Below, piece by piece: positions 47,656 to 57,637 of a stretch of DNA of 64,000 nt. The notes beneath the pieces were generated by a model. It was not told the origin of the DNA and made no database searches. It saw nothing but the letters and a program-made list of their open reading frames with translations. This DNA comes from an uncultured Myxococcales bacterium (lineage in GTDB: Bacteria > Myxococcota_A > Polyangia > Palsa-1104 > JAEUJZ01). The DNA is taken from positions 52,773 to 116,772 of the forward strand of contig CAZHYV010000008.1 of NCBI GenBank assembly GCA_964537055.1. The letters run 5' to 3'. The position numbers and the translations under genes are program-made. Positions within the stretch are counted from its first letter, which is position 1, and every line of letters begins with the position of its first letter.

Positions 47656-48541
47656 TCAAACTCCTTACAGGTAATTTATCTTTTGCTTTAGACCGAGATT
47701 GTACTTTTTTGATAAGTGGAGGGGGCGCATCGGCCAATTCGTCAACATAATTATTTTGAGAAATGGAAGGTTTCGTTCCCTGCCAGTCTTGATGGTGGAA
47801 GCAATCTAAAATGAGATTTTTTACATCTTCTATAGAATCAGTCACCTTTAGATAATCTAAGTCATTTGCAGAAATATTTCCTCCAGCCAACATCGTTTTT
47901 TTGATCCAAGCAATTAGCCCAGACCAGTATTTCTTTCCGACCAGGATAATAGGAAAATGACGAACCTTGCCCGTCTGAATCAAAGTTAGGGCTTCAAAGA
48001 GTTCATCTAGGGTACCGAAGCCTCCTGGAAAGATCACGAATCCTTCGGCGTATTTCATAAACATGGTTTTCCGTACAAAAAAGTACCGGAAGTTAATGGG
48101 CAAGGTGACGTACGGGTTGAAATGTTGCTCGAAGGGAAGCTCGATATTACAGCCCACCGAATGGACATGGGCCTCTTTTGCACCTCGATTGGCGGCTTCC
48201 ATAATGCCAGGCCCCCCTCCGGTGATAATTGAGAATCCTTCTCTGCCAAGGATATAGGAGATTTTATGGGCGAGCTGGTAGTGCGTACTTTTTGTCGAGG
48301 CACGCGCAGAACCAAAAACGGCAACAGCAGGTCCTACGTGAGCGAGTGCATCAAATCCCGATACAAATTCTCCCATAATTCGCATCACCCGCCATGGATC
48401 CGTGCGGGTAAAGTCTGTTACCGTAGAGGGGCCAACCTCTTGCCTCTGCAGTAACTGTTCATCTTCAGTGGGTAGCCCCGTCAATGCAGCACGAGAAAGG
48501 GTAGGGTTTGCCTGTTCTTGAGGATAGCTGAGTTTTTTCAT
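47645..48541 (-). CDS. LOG-family nucleotide 5'-monophosphate nucleosidase (TIGR00730/PpnN-like)
   Basis: GGGPGIMEAANRGA and PGGFGTLDELFE. Start set at MKKLS (48541), which gives an ATGA overlap with the rmuC stop. The long N-terminal extension in the ORF track is an artefact. Confidence 0.8.
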   Translation of the reverse strand: MKKLSYPQEQANPTLSRAALTGLPTEDEQLLQRQEVGPSTVTDFTRTDPWRVMRIMGEFVSGFDALAHVGPAVAVFGSARASTKSTHYQLAHKISYILGREGFSIITGGGPGIMEAANRGAKEAHVHSVGCNIELPFEQHFNPYVTLPINFRYFFVRKTMFMKYAEGFVIFPGGFGTLDELFEALTLIQTGKVRHFPIILVGKKYWSGLIAWIKKTMLAGGNISANDLDYLKVTDSIEDVKNLILDCFHHQDWQGTKPSISQNNYVDELADAPPPLIKKVQSRSKAKDKLPVRSLNGS

Positions 48542-50082
48542 AGCAAATGCTCCGGGAGCTCGTTGACTGAAAGCTCCTTGGCAGGAAGGGCTCTTGGAAG
48601 AGATTCGATGGGCTGTAGGGATGAGATCTCGTCTGTTTCGCCTGCTCCCATTTGTAATTCTTGAAACTTTCGGGCTGTGACCCACACCCGCGATTCTAAA
48701 GATCCGACCGCATGATTATATGCTTTTACCGAGTCGCCAAGATTCTTTCCAATGCTATGAAAATGCTCTCCCAACTTAAATAGCCTTTTGCATAGTTCTC
48801 GGCCGAGTTCACTAATTTTTTGGACCCGCTCACTCAGATCTTCCTGACGGAATCCGTAGGCAACTGTTTTTAGAAGTGCGATAAGGGTTGTAGGCGTTGC
48901 TAAAATGACGTTGTGGTTGGCAGCCTTCTCGATAAGAGTAGGATCCTCTTGAAGGGCTGCACTAAAAAACATTTCTCCGGGTAAAAAAAGTATCACAAAT
49001 TCAGGAGATACCGGAAATTGAGCCCAGTAGGACTTAGAAGCCAATTGTTTCATATGACTTTTGATTTGAGAGGCATAATCGAGAAGATACGCTTTCTTCT
49101 TCCCATCCTCTGGCTCGTGAATTGCGTTTAAATAAGCCTCAAGTGGGGTTTTTGCATCAACCACCAAAGTCTTTTTCCCAGGTAGTCGGACCGTTAAATC
49201 GGGGCGTAGAGCACCTTCTTCAGTTTTTAGATAAGACTGCTCTTCGAAATCGCAGTGCCTTTCCATCCCCGCAAGCTCGACGACTCGACGCAGCTGTAAT
49301 TCTCCCCATCGTCCTCTCACTGTAGGAGAACGGAGGGCCTGTACCAAACCTGCGGTCTGAGCGCGCAACTGGTGCTCACTTTCCAGAAGTAGACTGATCT
49401 GTCGATGAAGCCCTTCGGTATCTCCCTTCCTTTCTTTCTCAGCTTGATTGATTTTGGTATCCAGCTTTTCAAGCGTTTGTTTCAGGGGGTCTACCAGATG
49501 ATGGATGGCCTGCTCCCGTTTCTCTAATTCAGATTGCGAGGACAAATGGAGCTTCTCAAAAGAGGTTTTTGCCAATTCTAAGAAGGATGCATTGTTGTGC
49601 TTTAGCGACTCGGCAGAGAGGGCTTGGAAGGCGTCTGTAAAATTCTGTCGCACCTGCTCTAAAAGGCTCATCCTTTCTACATGTTGCTCACGCAGTGAGG
49701 AAATCTCGGTTTGTAGCTGGGTTTTTACAGTGAGAAGCTCTGCATTCTCTTGTTGCATGCGAATTACTTCGGCCTCCAAAGAAGGGACCCGTAAACTTGT
49801 TGCTTCAGCTGAAGCCCGAAAAAAACTTTCCTGTTCGAGTCGCTTCCGAAGATACTCTTGCGTCTCTTTTAATTCCTTTTCTGTACGCTCGTAATGTTCA
49901 GATTTTGCAAAAAGTGTGGCACGTTCCGTTTCTAAGGCCAGCCTGGCTTGCTCCCAAACGCTTTGAGATCGGCGGGTGATTAGGTATTTTACCGCAAGAC
50001 CGATAAGAAGACCTAGCGTGCCCGCGAGGATTTCTGATGTAAGCATAAAGAAAACACAAACATCCTTACAAAAAAATCGCAA
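48538..50082 (-). CDS. rmuC: DNA recombination protein RmuC
   Basis: N-terminal TM, a long coiled coil, then RGRWGELQLRRVVELAGM and the RmuC C-terminal nuclease-like region. 514 aa. Confidence 0.8.
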   Translation of the reverse strand: MRFFCKDVCVFFMLTSEILAGTLGLLIGLAVKYLITRRSQSVWEQARLALETERATLFAKSEHYERTEKELKETQEYLRKRLEQESFFRASAEATSLRVPSLEAEVIRMQQENAELLTVKTQLQTEISSLREQHVERMSLLEQVRQNFTDAFQALSAESLKHNNASFLELAKTSFEKLHLSSQSELEKREQAIHHLVDPLKQTLEKLDTKINQAEKERKGDTEGLHRQISLLLESEHQLRAQTAGLVQALRSPTVRGRWGELQLRRVVELAGMERHCDFEEQSYLKTEEGALRPDLTVRLPGKKTLVVDAKTPLEAYLNAIHEPEDGKKKAYLLDYASQIKSHMKQLASKSYWAQFPVSPEFVILFLPGEMFFSAALQEDPTLIEKAANHNVILATPTTLIALLKTVAYGFRQEDLSERVQKISELGRELCKRLFKLGEHFHSIGKNLGDSVKAYNHAVGSLESRVWVTARKFQELQMGAGETDEISSLQPIESLPRALPAKELSVNELPEHLL

Positions 50083-50328
50083 CCATTTTCATGCACGACA
50101 AGTTTTGCGAGAAGAAATCTGGAAAGAAAAGTAGGTTTGTGTAAGAATCCACAGAAAGGTTTTCTTATAGAGTGTGAAAATTTTGCACAACTTATTTTAA
50201 TAAACAAACTTTTAGGTTACCTTTATTCCCAATTTTTGAAAAATAGCCTGGAGAATGTAGAAACGTGAAACGGGCTAGAAGATTAAGGGAGAGGGCGAAA
50301 ATTTTTTGTAACGGTAGAAGGAGAAACT

Positions 50329-51852
50329 ATGGAGATTCGGTATTCGTATGAAGCAATTTCTCAATCAATAACAGATGTGGTGGTCTTCTTTTGTATGGAA
50401 GAGACTTTCCAACAGGATGAAACACTTAAAGTGTTGGATCAGTCTTTAGAGGGGTGGATTTTAAAGACGGTTGAACGAGAAAAGTTTACAGGAAAGAAAA
50501 CTCAATCCGTTTTATTACCTACCTATGGAAAGATGAAAGCCCATCGAATTCTCCTCTTAGGCATGGGATCGCAAACGCAACTGCATCCCTCAGATTATCG
50601 AGCTGCAGCAATTCGGGCACTTCGAGGAGTGAGCATTCCTTCGGTAGAAACGGTAACTTTTGTGATGCCAAAGGAGCATCGGTTTTTAGAATCACATTCT
50701 CTTGAATTTATCACCCAGGGTATTTTACTCGGGCAGTATCGTTTTGATAAGTACTTGACGGCTGAGAAAAAGAACACCTCCTTGCGGCAAGTCGTCTTTT
50801 TATTTCCTAAGGAGACATACAGGCAAATTCCTGAAAAGGAGGTTGAGTCTCAAATCTCTCGGGCACAGATTCTGACCAATTCGATCAACCGTTCGCGTGA
50901 TTGGGTGAATGAACCCTCTTCAGAAATGACGCCAGCAAAGATGGCTCAGGTTGCAGAGCAAATTGCAAAAGAAAATCCACAACTTAAGGTTCAGATTCTT
51001 TCTGCAGCAGAATGTGAACAACGAGGAATGGGACTTCTTTTAGCAGTGGGTAAAGGTTCTGATTTACCCCCTTACTTTATTCATTTGTCCTACCACCCAC
51101 CGAAGCATCTTGCAAAATCAGGAAAACGGGTTGCGCTGGTTGGAAAGGGGATTACTTTTGATTCAGGGGGCGTATGCATCAAAACACCGCCAGGGATGAT
51201 GGATATGAAGGCAGACATGGCAGGGGGAGCTTCGGTGATTGCGACGTTGGATGCCATTGCCAAGTTAGGGTGTCCTTATGAAGTACATGGGTTCATTGCC
51301 TGTGCTGAAAATATGGTTTCGGGTCGAGCCTATCGCTTACGAGATGTTGTTACCTCAATGAGCGGGAAAACGGTTGAAATTACCAACACAGATGCAGAGG
51401 GCCGTTTGGTGATGGCAGATGCCATTACCTACGCTATCAAAGAAGTAAAACCGAATGAAATTATCGACATCGCTACACTTACAGGCGCGTGCATCGTTGC
51501 TCTGGGTCCCTATATGGCAGGTCTTATGAGCAATCAAACGGAGTTAGTTAACCGCATCCTCACTGCAGCTCATGCCGCTGGCGAAGAGATGTGGCATCTT
51601 CCGATCCCAGAATTTACGCAAGATGTCCTAAAAAGTGATGTGGCCGATTTAAAGAATGCAGGGGATAGAAATGGTGGAGCTTTATCTGCGGGAAGGTTCT
51701 TAAGGGAATTCGTAGAGGAAACGCCCTGGGCTCACCTAGATATTGCAGGCCCTTCTTTTTTAGAAAAAGACTATGGATATCTAAGCAAAGGAGCTACAGG
51801 TTTTAGTGTTGCAACCCTTGTCGAATACCTTACTCGGACATCTACTGGTTAA
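50329..51852 (+). CDS. pepA: Leucyl aminopeptidase (M17)
   Basis: NTDAEGRLVMADAITYA and VGKGITFDSGG. Confidence 0.9.
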   Translation: MEIRYSYEAISQSITDVVVFFCMEETFQQDETLKVLDQSLEGWILKTVEREKFTGKKTQSVLLPTYGKMKAHRILLLGMGSQTQLHPSDYRAAAIRALRGVSIPSVETVTFVMPKEHRFLESHSLEFITQGILLGQYRFDKYLTAEKKNTSLRQVVFLFPKETYRQIPEKEVESQISRAQILTNSINRSRDWVNEPSSEMTPAKMAQVAEQIAKENPQLKVQILSAAECEQRGMGLLLAVGKGSDLPPYFIHLSYHPPKHLAKSGKRVALVGKGITFDSGGVCIKTPPGMMDMKADMAGGASVIATLDAIAKLGCPYEVHGFIACAENMVSGRAYRLRDVVTSMSGKTVEITNTDAEGRLVMADAITYAIKEVKPNEIIDIATLTGACIVALGPYMAGLMSNQTELVNRILTAAHAAGEEMWHLPIPEFTQDVLKSDVADLKNAGDRNGGALSAGRFLREFVEETPWAHLDIAGPSFLEKDYGYLSKGATGFSVATLVEYLTRTSTG

Positions 51853-51895
51853 AAATTCTCCTTAGGAATAGCGCCTCATCAACGGCGGCCTTTCC

Positions 51896-52411
51896 TCACT
51901 TAAGACTGGGACAGGCGCCATTTTCTACGCCTCTCGCCCTAGGGCAAAGGCCATAAAGCTCAAGCTTATGGTGGACAATGGTAAATCCTCCTAGTTTTTG
52001 AGCCATTCTCACCTGAAGCTTTTCAATCTCGTCGTTCTCAAACTCTAAAATAAGTCCACACTGGAGACAAATGAGATGATCATGGTGTGGGAGATCGGGG
52101 CTTGTAACTTCGTAGCGCGTTTGTCCATCCCCAAATTGACGTGCTTCTGCAAGGCCTGCCGCAAGCAGCAGCTTCATAGTACGGTAGATGGTGACATATC
52201 CAATTTTCGGATGCTTTTGACGAACTCTTTTTAGCAGATCCTCGATAGATACATGATGTTGGCTCCGAAAGAAGATGTCAACAATTCCATCTCGCTGTTG
52301 GGTGCGTTTCAGCGCATGGGTTTTTTGATAGTCCTCCCAGCATTGTTTCAAGTGTGGCAATGTAGAGAGAGGGGAGGGCTTCTGGGTTTTGGGACGAGCA
52401 GATGTTCTCAC
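51896..52411 (-). CDS. fur: Fur-family transcriptional regulator
   Basis: [11 protein letters not shown] metal-binding motif and a winged-helix N-terminus. Confidence 0.8.
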   Translation of the reverse strand: MRTSARPKTQKPSPLSTLPHLKQCWEDYQKTHALKRTQQRDGIVDIFFRSQHHVSIEDLLKRVRQKHPKIGYVTIYRTMKLLLAAGLAEARQFGDGQTRYEVTSPDLPHHDHLICLQCGLILEFENDEIEKLQVRMAQKLGGFTIVHHKLELYGLCPRARGVENGACPSLK

Positions 52412-52617
52412 ACTCTAATATGTGGCGAAAATAAGGAATTCTGTCAATAGGCGCTTTTTGGGAGAAAAATCTTTTCTAAAGCCAGGGCCTATGTTATTTA
52501 AACGCAAGTTCTGCCGAGATTGATAGAAGCCTTGCCACCGTCGATTTTCTAAAATCTAGTTCTTTCGGTGTTGAAAAATGCTATCATCTTAAAAGACGAA
52601 TGTCGATTTGATAACCT

Positions 52618-54702
52618 ATGGCATCTGTATATGATTCCCATTCCGAAAAGTTATCCACCCCAATCCAGCCTCCTTCAGTAGAAGGGTCGCTAAGAAGGAG
52701 CCTGTTAGAATCTGTTCTAATTGGGTTTTTTGGAATGGTGATGCTGCTTTTACCCACCCTAAGCAGCCTGCAAAGAATCGCAGAAAAATTAGCGGAGCCC
52801 CACCACGCATTCTGGCTTGTGAAAATAGGTAAATTTTTCTTATGGTGTTTGCCAAGCGATATTACCTGGGCTGCGGTATACACTCAGCATGCAACCCTAT
52901 GGATTAGCTTTTTAGGCGCTGTTGTAGCCACAACTTGGGGGAAGCATCTAGGCCTCGCTACTACGCACTTTATGAAGCCAGGGAAGCTTCGCTTCGCTGC
53001 AGAAGCATTTAGCAACGTGGTATTTATTATTACATCCCTGTTCCTCTGCTATGCTAGCCTTGATCTTGTAATCTCTGAACGCAGTGCGGACCTGGCCAAC
53101 GAGGCCATGGAGGGAATTACCATGGATAGGCTCCCTTTGGGGATTCCTAAATGGTGGAGCCTTCTGATCATGCCGGTAGCATTTGCATTAATGGCCATCC
53201 GAATGGGATTCCGGGCCACTGCACCAGAAAGACCCAATCCCTTTGAGCTACCTCCGAGATCTGTAGGAAAAAGTACAGGCCGTTGGCTTCTTCGGGCTCT
53301 TGTGATCTTAGCAACCATCGCTATGTTTTATGTGGGGATTCAATACAAAAATCTTCCTGCGCTTAATAAGTTTATCGATAGTCTTGCGCCATGGAGCAAC
53401 ACCATTCGCCTCGCTGGGATGATTTCAATAGGGTTTGCTTTTATCCTGGGGACCCCAGTCTTTGTTGCTATTTCGGCACTTACGATGATTCTTCTCTTCA
53501 CCTCCGAAGCGAACCCACTAGCAAACATTCCCACTGAAACATTTCGGCTTGCACTAAATCCAACGTTACCTGCGATTCCTCTTCTCACCATTGCTGGATA
53601 TATCTTAGCTGCTGGGAAATCATCCCAAAGGCTGGTACGTGCCTATAAAAGTATTTTCGGTTGGATGCCAGGAGGGGTGGCGATTATGGCAGTGTTTGTG
53701 TGTGCGGCATTTACGACCCTAACCGGTGCTTCGGGTGTCACTATTTTAGCGCTAGGAGGATTGATTTATCCAACGCTGCTAAAAGAAAAATATCCTCAAG
53801 GATTTTCAATAGGGCTTGTTACTGCTTCAGGAAGTTTAGGTCTGCTCTTTCCTCCTAGTCTGCCTGTGCTTCTGTACGCAGTGACAGCCAGCCAGCCTGG
53901 CGCTTCTCAGCCAGTCAGTGCAGAGCAGCTTTATATTGGTGGGTTAATTCCAGGATTTTTGATGATCCTGATTGTTTGCCTCTATGCTCTCTACAAAGGT
54001 GTTCGGTCGAAAACCCCAAGGCAGTACTTTAGGTTGGCAGAGATGATGTCTGCACTATGGGCAGCAAAATGGGATCTGCTGTTGCCTGTGATCATTCTCG
54101 CCTCGTTTGGCAGTGGAGCTGCAACCATTGTTGAAGCTGCCGCCCTGGGGGCTGTGTATTCGTTGGTCGTTAGCTTGTTTATCCATAAGGATGTTCGTCC
54201 TCTGCAAGATTTGCCCTTTGTTTTGGTACAAGCAGGGACCTTGGTGGGCGCAGTGTTGGTTCTGTTAGGGGTCGCTGCGGGATTTAGCAACTACTTGGTT
54301 TTGGTAGATGTGCCCACAAAGATTATCGAATGGGTCCTTCAGCACATTCAATCCCCCTGGGTATTTCTGCTTACGCTTAATGCCATCCTTCTTGTTCTAG
54401 GAAGTATCCTTGAGATTTACTCGGCCATTGTTGTACTCGTGCCCCTCATTGCGCCGCTTGCCCAGCAGTACCATGTCCACCCCGTTCATCTAGGGGTCAT
54501 CTTTTTGTCAAATCTAGAGCTTGGATTCCTTTTGCCTCCTGTCGGATTGAACCTTCTCTTAGCTTCAAATCGGTTTCGAAAGCCGCTTCCCCAGCTTTAC
54601 AAGCAAGCCCTTCCCTTCCTTTTGATCATGACCATTGGCGTCCTGATAATTACCTACATTGAAGGAGCAACCACTTGGCTGCTCCATCTATTCAAGAAAT
54701 AA
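52618..54702 (+). CDS. TRAP transporter fused small/large permease (DctQ-DctM type)
   Basis: 694 aa, multi-TM throughout; DctM-like segments GLLFPPSLPVLLYA and IGLVTASGSLG. About 250 aa longer than DctM alone. Confidence 0.7.
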   Translation: MASVYDSHSEKLSTPIQPPSVEGSLRRSLLESVLIGFFGMVMLLLPTLSSLQRIAEKLAEPHHAFWLVKIGKFFLWCLPSDITWAAVYTQHATLWISFLGAVVATTWGKHLGLATTHFMKPGKLRFAAEAFSNVVFIITSLFLCYASLDLVISERSADLANEAMEGITMDRLPLGIPKWWSLLIMPVAFALMAIRMGFRATAPERPNPFELPPRSVGKSTGRWLLRALVILATIAMFYVGIQYKNLPALNKFIDSLAPWSNTIRLAGMISIGFAFILGTPVFVAISALTMILLFTSEANPLANIPTETFRLALNPTLPAIPLLTIAGYILAAGKSSQRLVRAYKSIFGWMPGGVAIMAVFVCAAFTTLTGASGVTILALGGLIYPTLLKEKYPQGFSIGLVTASGSLGLLFPPSLPVLLYAVTASQPGASQPVSAEQLYIGGLIPGFLMILIVCLYALYKGVRSKTPRQYFRLAEMMSALWAAKWDLLLPVIILASFGSGAATIVEAAALGAVYSLVVSLFIHKDVRPLQDLPFVLVQAGTLVGAVLVLLGVAAGFSNYLVLVDVPTKIIEWVLQHIQSPWVFLLTLNAILLVLGSILEIYSAIVVLVPLIAPLAQQYHVHPVHLGVIFLSNLELGFLLPPVGLNLLLASNRFRKPLPQLYKQALPFLLIMTIGVLIITYIEGATTWLLHLFKK

Positions 54703-54802
54703 AGCTTTTTTTATTCAACCCTTGCATAAGAAGAATTCTCGCGCTATACCTAAACATGAGGAATACTTGTCGGGAAAGTAACTACCTTCCTAAAGGAGAC
54801 AT

Positions 54803-55889
54803 TATGATTTTGAAGAAAGGTTCGTATTTATCATTACTTATTGGACTGAGTGTAGCTATCGGCTGTGGCCAAGGGAATCTTAGTACTTCAAATGCTTTAG
54901 CTCGTCAGGCGGAAGCAGTTGAAGACGAGGCAAAAGGCCTCAACGAACAAGCGTTTTCGCTGTACGGAGCTCTACGGACCAAGTTATTTCCGCCTCCTAC
55001 GGGACGAGCTACCGACGAAGAGATCAATCAAGCAAAGACAAGATTTGATGCTTGCGTCACAGCATATAATAGTGCTGCAGGCCTTTTTGAGAAAATTGGT
55101 CTTGATCCAAACGTCCAAATTGATTTGAAAAATCTTGTGATAGCCAAAGGAAGATCTTCTCTAAGCAAAAAGAACCTTTGTGGTCTGTATAAAGCCCAGA
55201 CAGAAGCATACGCTGTGCTTTCTCTATCTCCAACACGTCCCGAAATTGAGGTATTGGATAAAACATTAAAAGATCTTGCCGGGAAAGTTGCGGCAGAAGA
55301 GCAGAACAGCACCATGCTACAAAATCAAATAAAATCCCTAAACGATGCTCTTCAAGCATACCTCCTTAAGGAAAAGAAACAATTTAATGATGTTTTGGGT
55401 ACGAACAAGCAAAATTATATCGACGCCTCTACGTTTGAAACTGGAGGTGACCAAGAGTCTACGATTGGAGTTGCGAGGTATAACGTGGTTGCCAGCAGAA
55501 CTCAGATCATTGTCTTTGGTAAACCTAGCGATGCAGAGCTTGATGCTGCCAAGGCAAAGTACGAGGCTTGCAAAACCAAAGCAGCAGAAGCCTCTGATCT
55601 ATTTGGGCAAGCTGCTGGTCCAGGGATTCAGCCCGAGCTTGCAAAGTACTGGCAACTTCGTTCAGAAGCAGTCGGCTATTTTAGCGAATTTTGTGGATAT
55701 TCAGGAGAACAGGTGGATGCCATAAGAGCTCTTTCTTCTCTCCCTGCCCAAACCGAGCTGGATGCGTTAAATAAAAAGATGAACGAAATTGGTGACAAGA
55801 TCCAAAAAGCCAGCGACGCCCAAAAACAAAAAAGGGAAGAAGCAAACAAACTCGCTGCCAGCCGTCCGAACATTTTTAAACCTCTTTAG
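54803..55889 (+). CDS. Coiled-coil lipoprotein, unknown function
   Basis: Start moved to the ATG at 54803, which has the RBS AAAGGAGAcatt. Lipobox VAIGC. Rest is Ala/Lys/Glu-rich and helical. Confidence 0.5.
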
Positions 55890-55918
55890 TTTCCACTTGG
55901 TTCGTAGGCGCTCCCAAG

Positions 55919-55957
55919 AGGCCCGGGCTTTTTAACCGGGCTTCTCTTTCCTTTCTC
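55919..55957 (+). terminator. Candidate rho-independent terminator
   Basis: GCCCGG, a 9-nt loop, CCGGGC, then a T-rich tail ttctctttcctttctc. Confidence 0.35.
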
Positions 55958-56003
55958 AAACCTTTCCCTTGAGCCCAAGCTAAAACCATGGCATGCTGGC
56001 TCT

Positions 56004-57278
56004 ATGTTAACTCCGAACAATACGGACGAAAATCATCTTCCTAAGCAGGCAGTATTATGTGCAGTTCATTTGCCTGAGGTCAGCGAGCTCGAGTTTAGGG
56101 AATCGCTAGAAGAGCTAGGGCAGCTTGCAACCACACTGGGTCTTAAAGTGATTGGTGAGGTCACGCAGCGGAGGTCCTCGTTTGATGCAGCGGCGTACCT
56201 AGGACCTGGGAAATTGGCAGACTTGACCGCCATGGTCAATGCTGATCCTCACAATACGCTTGTCTTGGTGGACCATGAGATTTCGCCTTCTCAGGCAAGG
56301 CATATCGAAGAGACCACAGGCAGCGCAGGAGTGCTCGACCGAACGATGGTTATTTTAGAGATTTTCCATCGCCATGCTCATAGCCGCCAGGCCAAGCTTC
56401 AGGTAGAAATGGTGCGTCTTGCCTACCTGGCTCCTCGGCTACGCGAGGTTGATCATCCTGAGGATCGTCAGCGAGGCTACATCGGTGGGAAAGGGGCTGG
56501 TGAATCTGCCATTGAACTGGACCGTCGGAAAATTCGAGATAGGTTGGCTGAGCTACGAAGAGAGCTGGCGGAAATTACTCAAGAGCGCATCACCCAAAGA
56601 GCTAGGCGGCAAGGACTGCGTAGGGTGGCCATTTGTGGCTATACCAACGCTGGAAAATCGACTTTATTTCACGCCCTTACGAAGAGCGATGTGTATATTG
56701 CAGATAAGCTGTTTGCAACGCTGGATACAACGGTTCGGGTGTTGCAAGAAGCAAAACCCCGCATTTTGGTTTCGGATACCATCGGATTTATCCGAAATTT
56801 ACCCACCCAGTTGGTTGCCTCATTCAAATCTACGCTCGATGAAACACTAGAGGCAGATTTGCTGTTGCATGTAGTCGATCTTTCTGATCCTGCTTGGGAA
56901 CGGCAGATGGCGGCGACGAACCAAGTGCTTAAAGAGATCGGCGCAGGGGATGTACCTCAGCTTGTGATATTTAACAAGGTGGACCGACTGTCCAGCGAGA
57001 GTGTATCCATTTCGCTTTTTGAAGAAGCTGGAAAAAGCCTCGTAATCTCAGCTTATCGACCAGAAGATGTAGACCGTGTTCGTCAGAGTATCATCCGATT
57101 TTTTGAAAACCAACTTGTAACGACCGAGCTGCTTGTTCCTTACAACCACCAAGAACTGCGAGGACAGATTTTTGAACACAGCCATGTGCTGGAGGAGCAA
57201 TTTTTGGACCAAGGCGTTCTGTTTAAGCTTCGGGCTGAGCCCGAATGGATCCAAAAATGGAAGTCACAGCTTGACTAA
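56004..57278 (+). CDS. hflX: GTPase HflX
   Basis: GYTNAGKSTLFHALT P-loop, DTIGFI, and the HflX N-terminal domain. Confidence 0.9.
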   Translation: MLTPNNTDENHLPKQAVLCAVHLPEVSELEFRESLEELGQLATTLGLKVIGEVTQRRSSFDAAAYLGPGKLADLTAMVNADPHNTLVLVDHEISPSQARHIEETTGSAGVLDRTMVILEIFHRHAHSRQAKLQVEMVRLAYLAPRLREVDHPEDRQRGYIGGKGAGESAIELDRRKIRDRLAELRRELAEITQERITQRARRQGLRRVAICGYTNAGKSTLFHALTKSDVYIADKLFATLDTTVRVLQEAKPRILVSDTIGFIRNLPTQLVASFKSTLDETLEADLLLHVVDLSDPAWERQMAATNQVLKEIGAGDVPQLVIFNKVDRLSSESVSISLFEEAGKSLVISAYRPEDVDRVRQSIIRFFENQLVTTELLVPYNHQELRGQIFEHSHVLEEQFLDQGVLFKLRAEPEWIQKWKSQLD

Positions 57279-57313
57279 GAACAGTTTGTCATTGCGTAAG
57301 AATAAGGTGAACT

Positions 57314-57541
57314 ATGCTTGAACGAAAGTATGAACGATGTGCCAGCCGTGTAGGAATCCGGATTCTCCAACTTCGTCGAGAACTAGGTTTACACCAGCGT
57401 CAGGTAGCGTTACTATCTGGCATCAATCCTGGTTATTTATCGCTAGTTGAGAATGGTCAGCGGCTCCCTTCGTTTCTTGTACTTTCTCAGGTTGCTAAGA
57501 TTCTTCAGGTGCCTCTCCACGAACTTTTCGCGCTTGTTTAA
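57314..57541 (+). CDS. XRE-family helix-turn-helix transcriptional regulator (75 aa)
   Basis: LRRELGLHQRQVALLSGINPGYLSLVENGQR, a Cro/C1-type HTH. Confidence 0.6.
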   Translation: MLERKYERCASRVGIRILQLRRELGLHQRQVALLSGINPGYLSLVENGQRLPSFLVLSQVAKILQVPLHELFALV

Positions 57542-57637
57542 AAAATATCCCGTCCCCATCAATGCCTTTTCGGTGGAAAAAAGACTTTACTTTTTTGGAA
57601 AACAGTAAGATTGTTCGAAGTTTGCTAAGGACATTTC

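Noticed and set aside
47645-48685. N-terminal extension of about 48 aa on the LOG-family ORF that overlaps the rmuC 3' end
   Set aside because: The upstream part is in a different frame from rmuC and has no RBS. The internal ATG at 48541 forms a classic ATGA overlap with the rmuC stop.
52412-52617. Looked for a Fur box in the divergent fur/TRAP intergenic region (aatgctatcatct)
   Set aside because: At most 8 of 13 positions match the GATAATGATAATCATTATC consensus, and no dyad symmetry.
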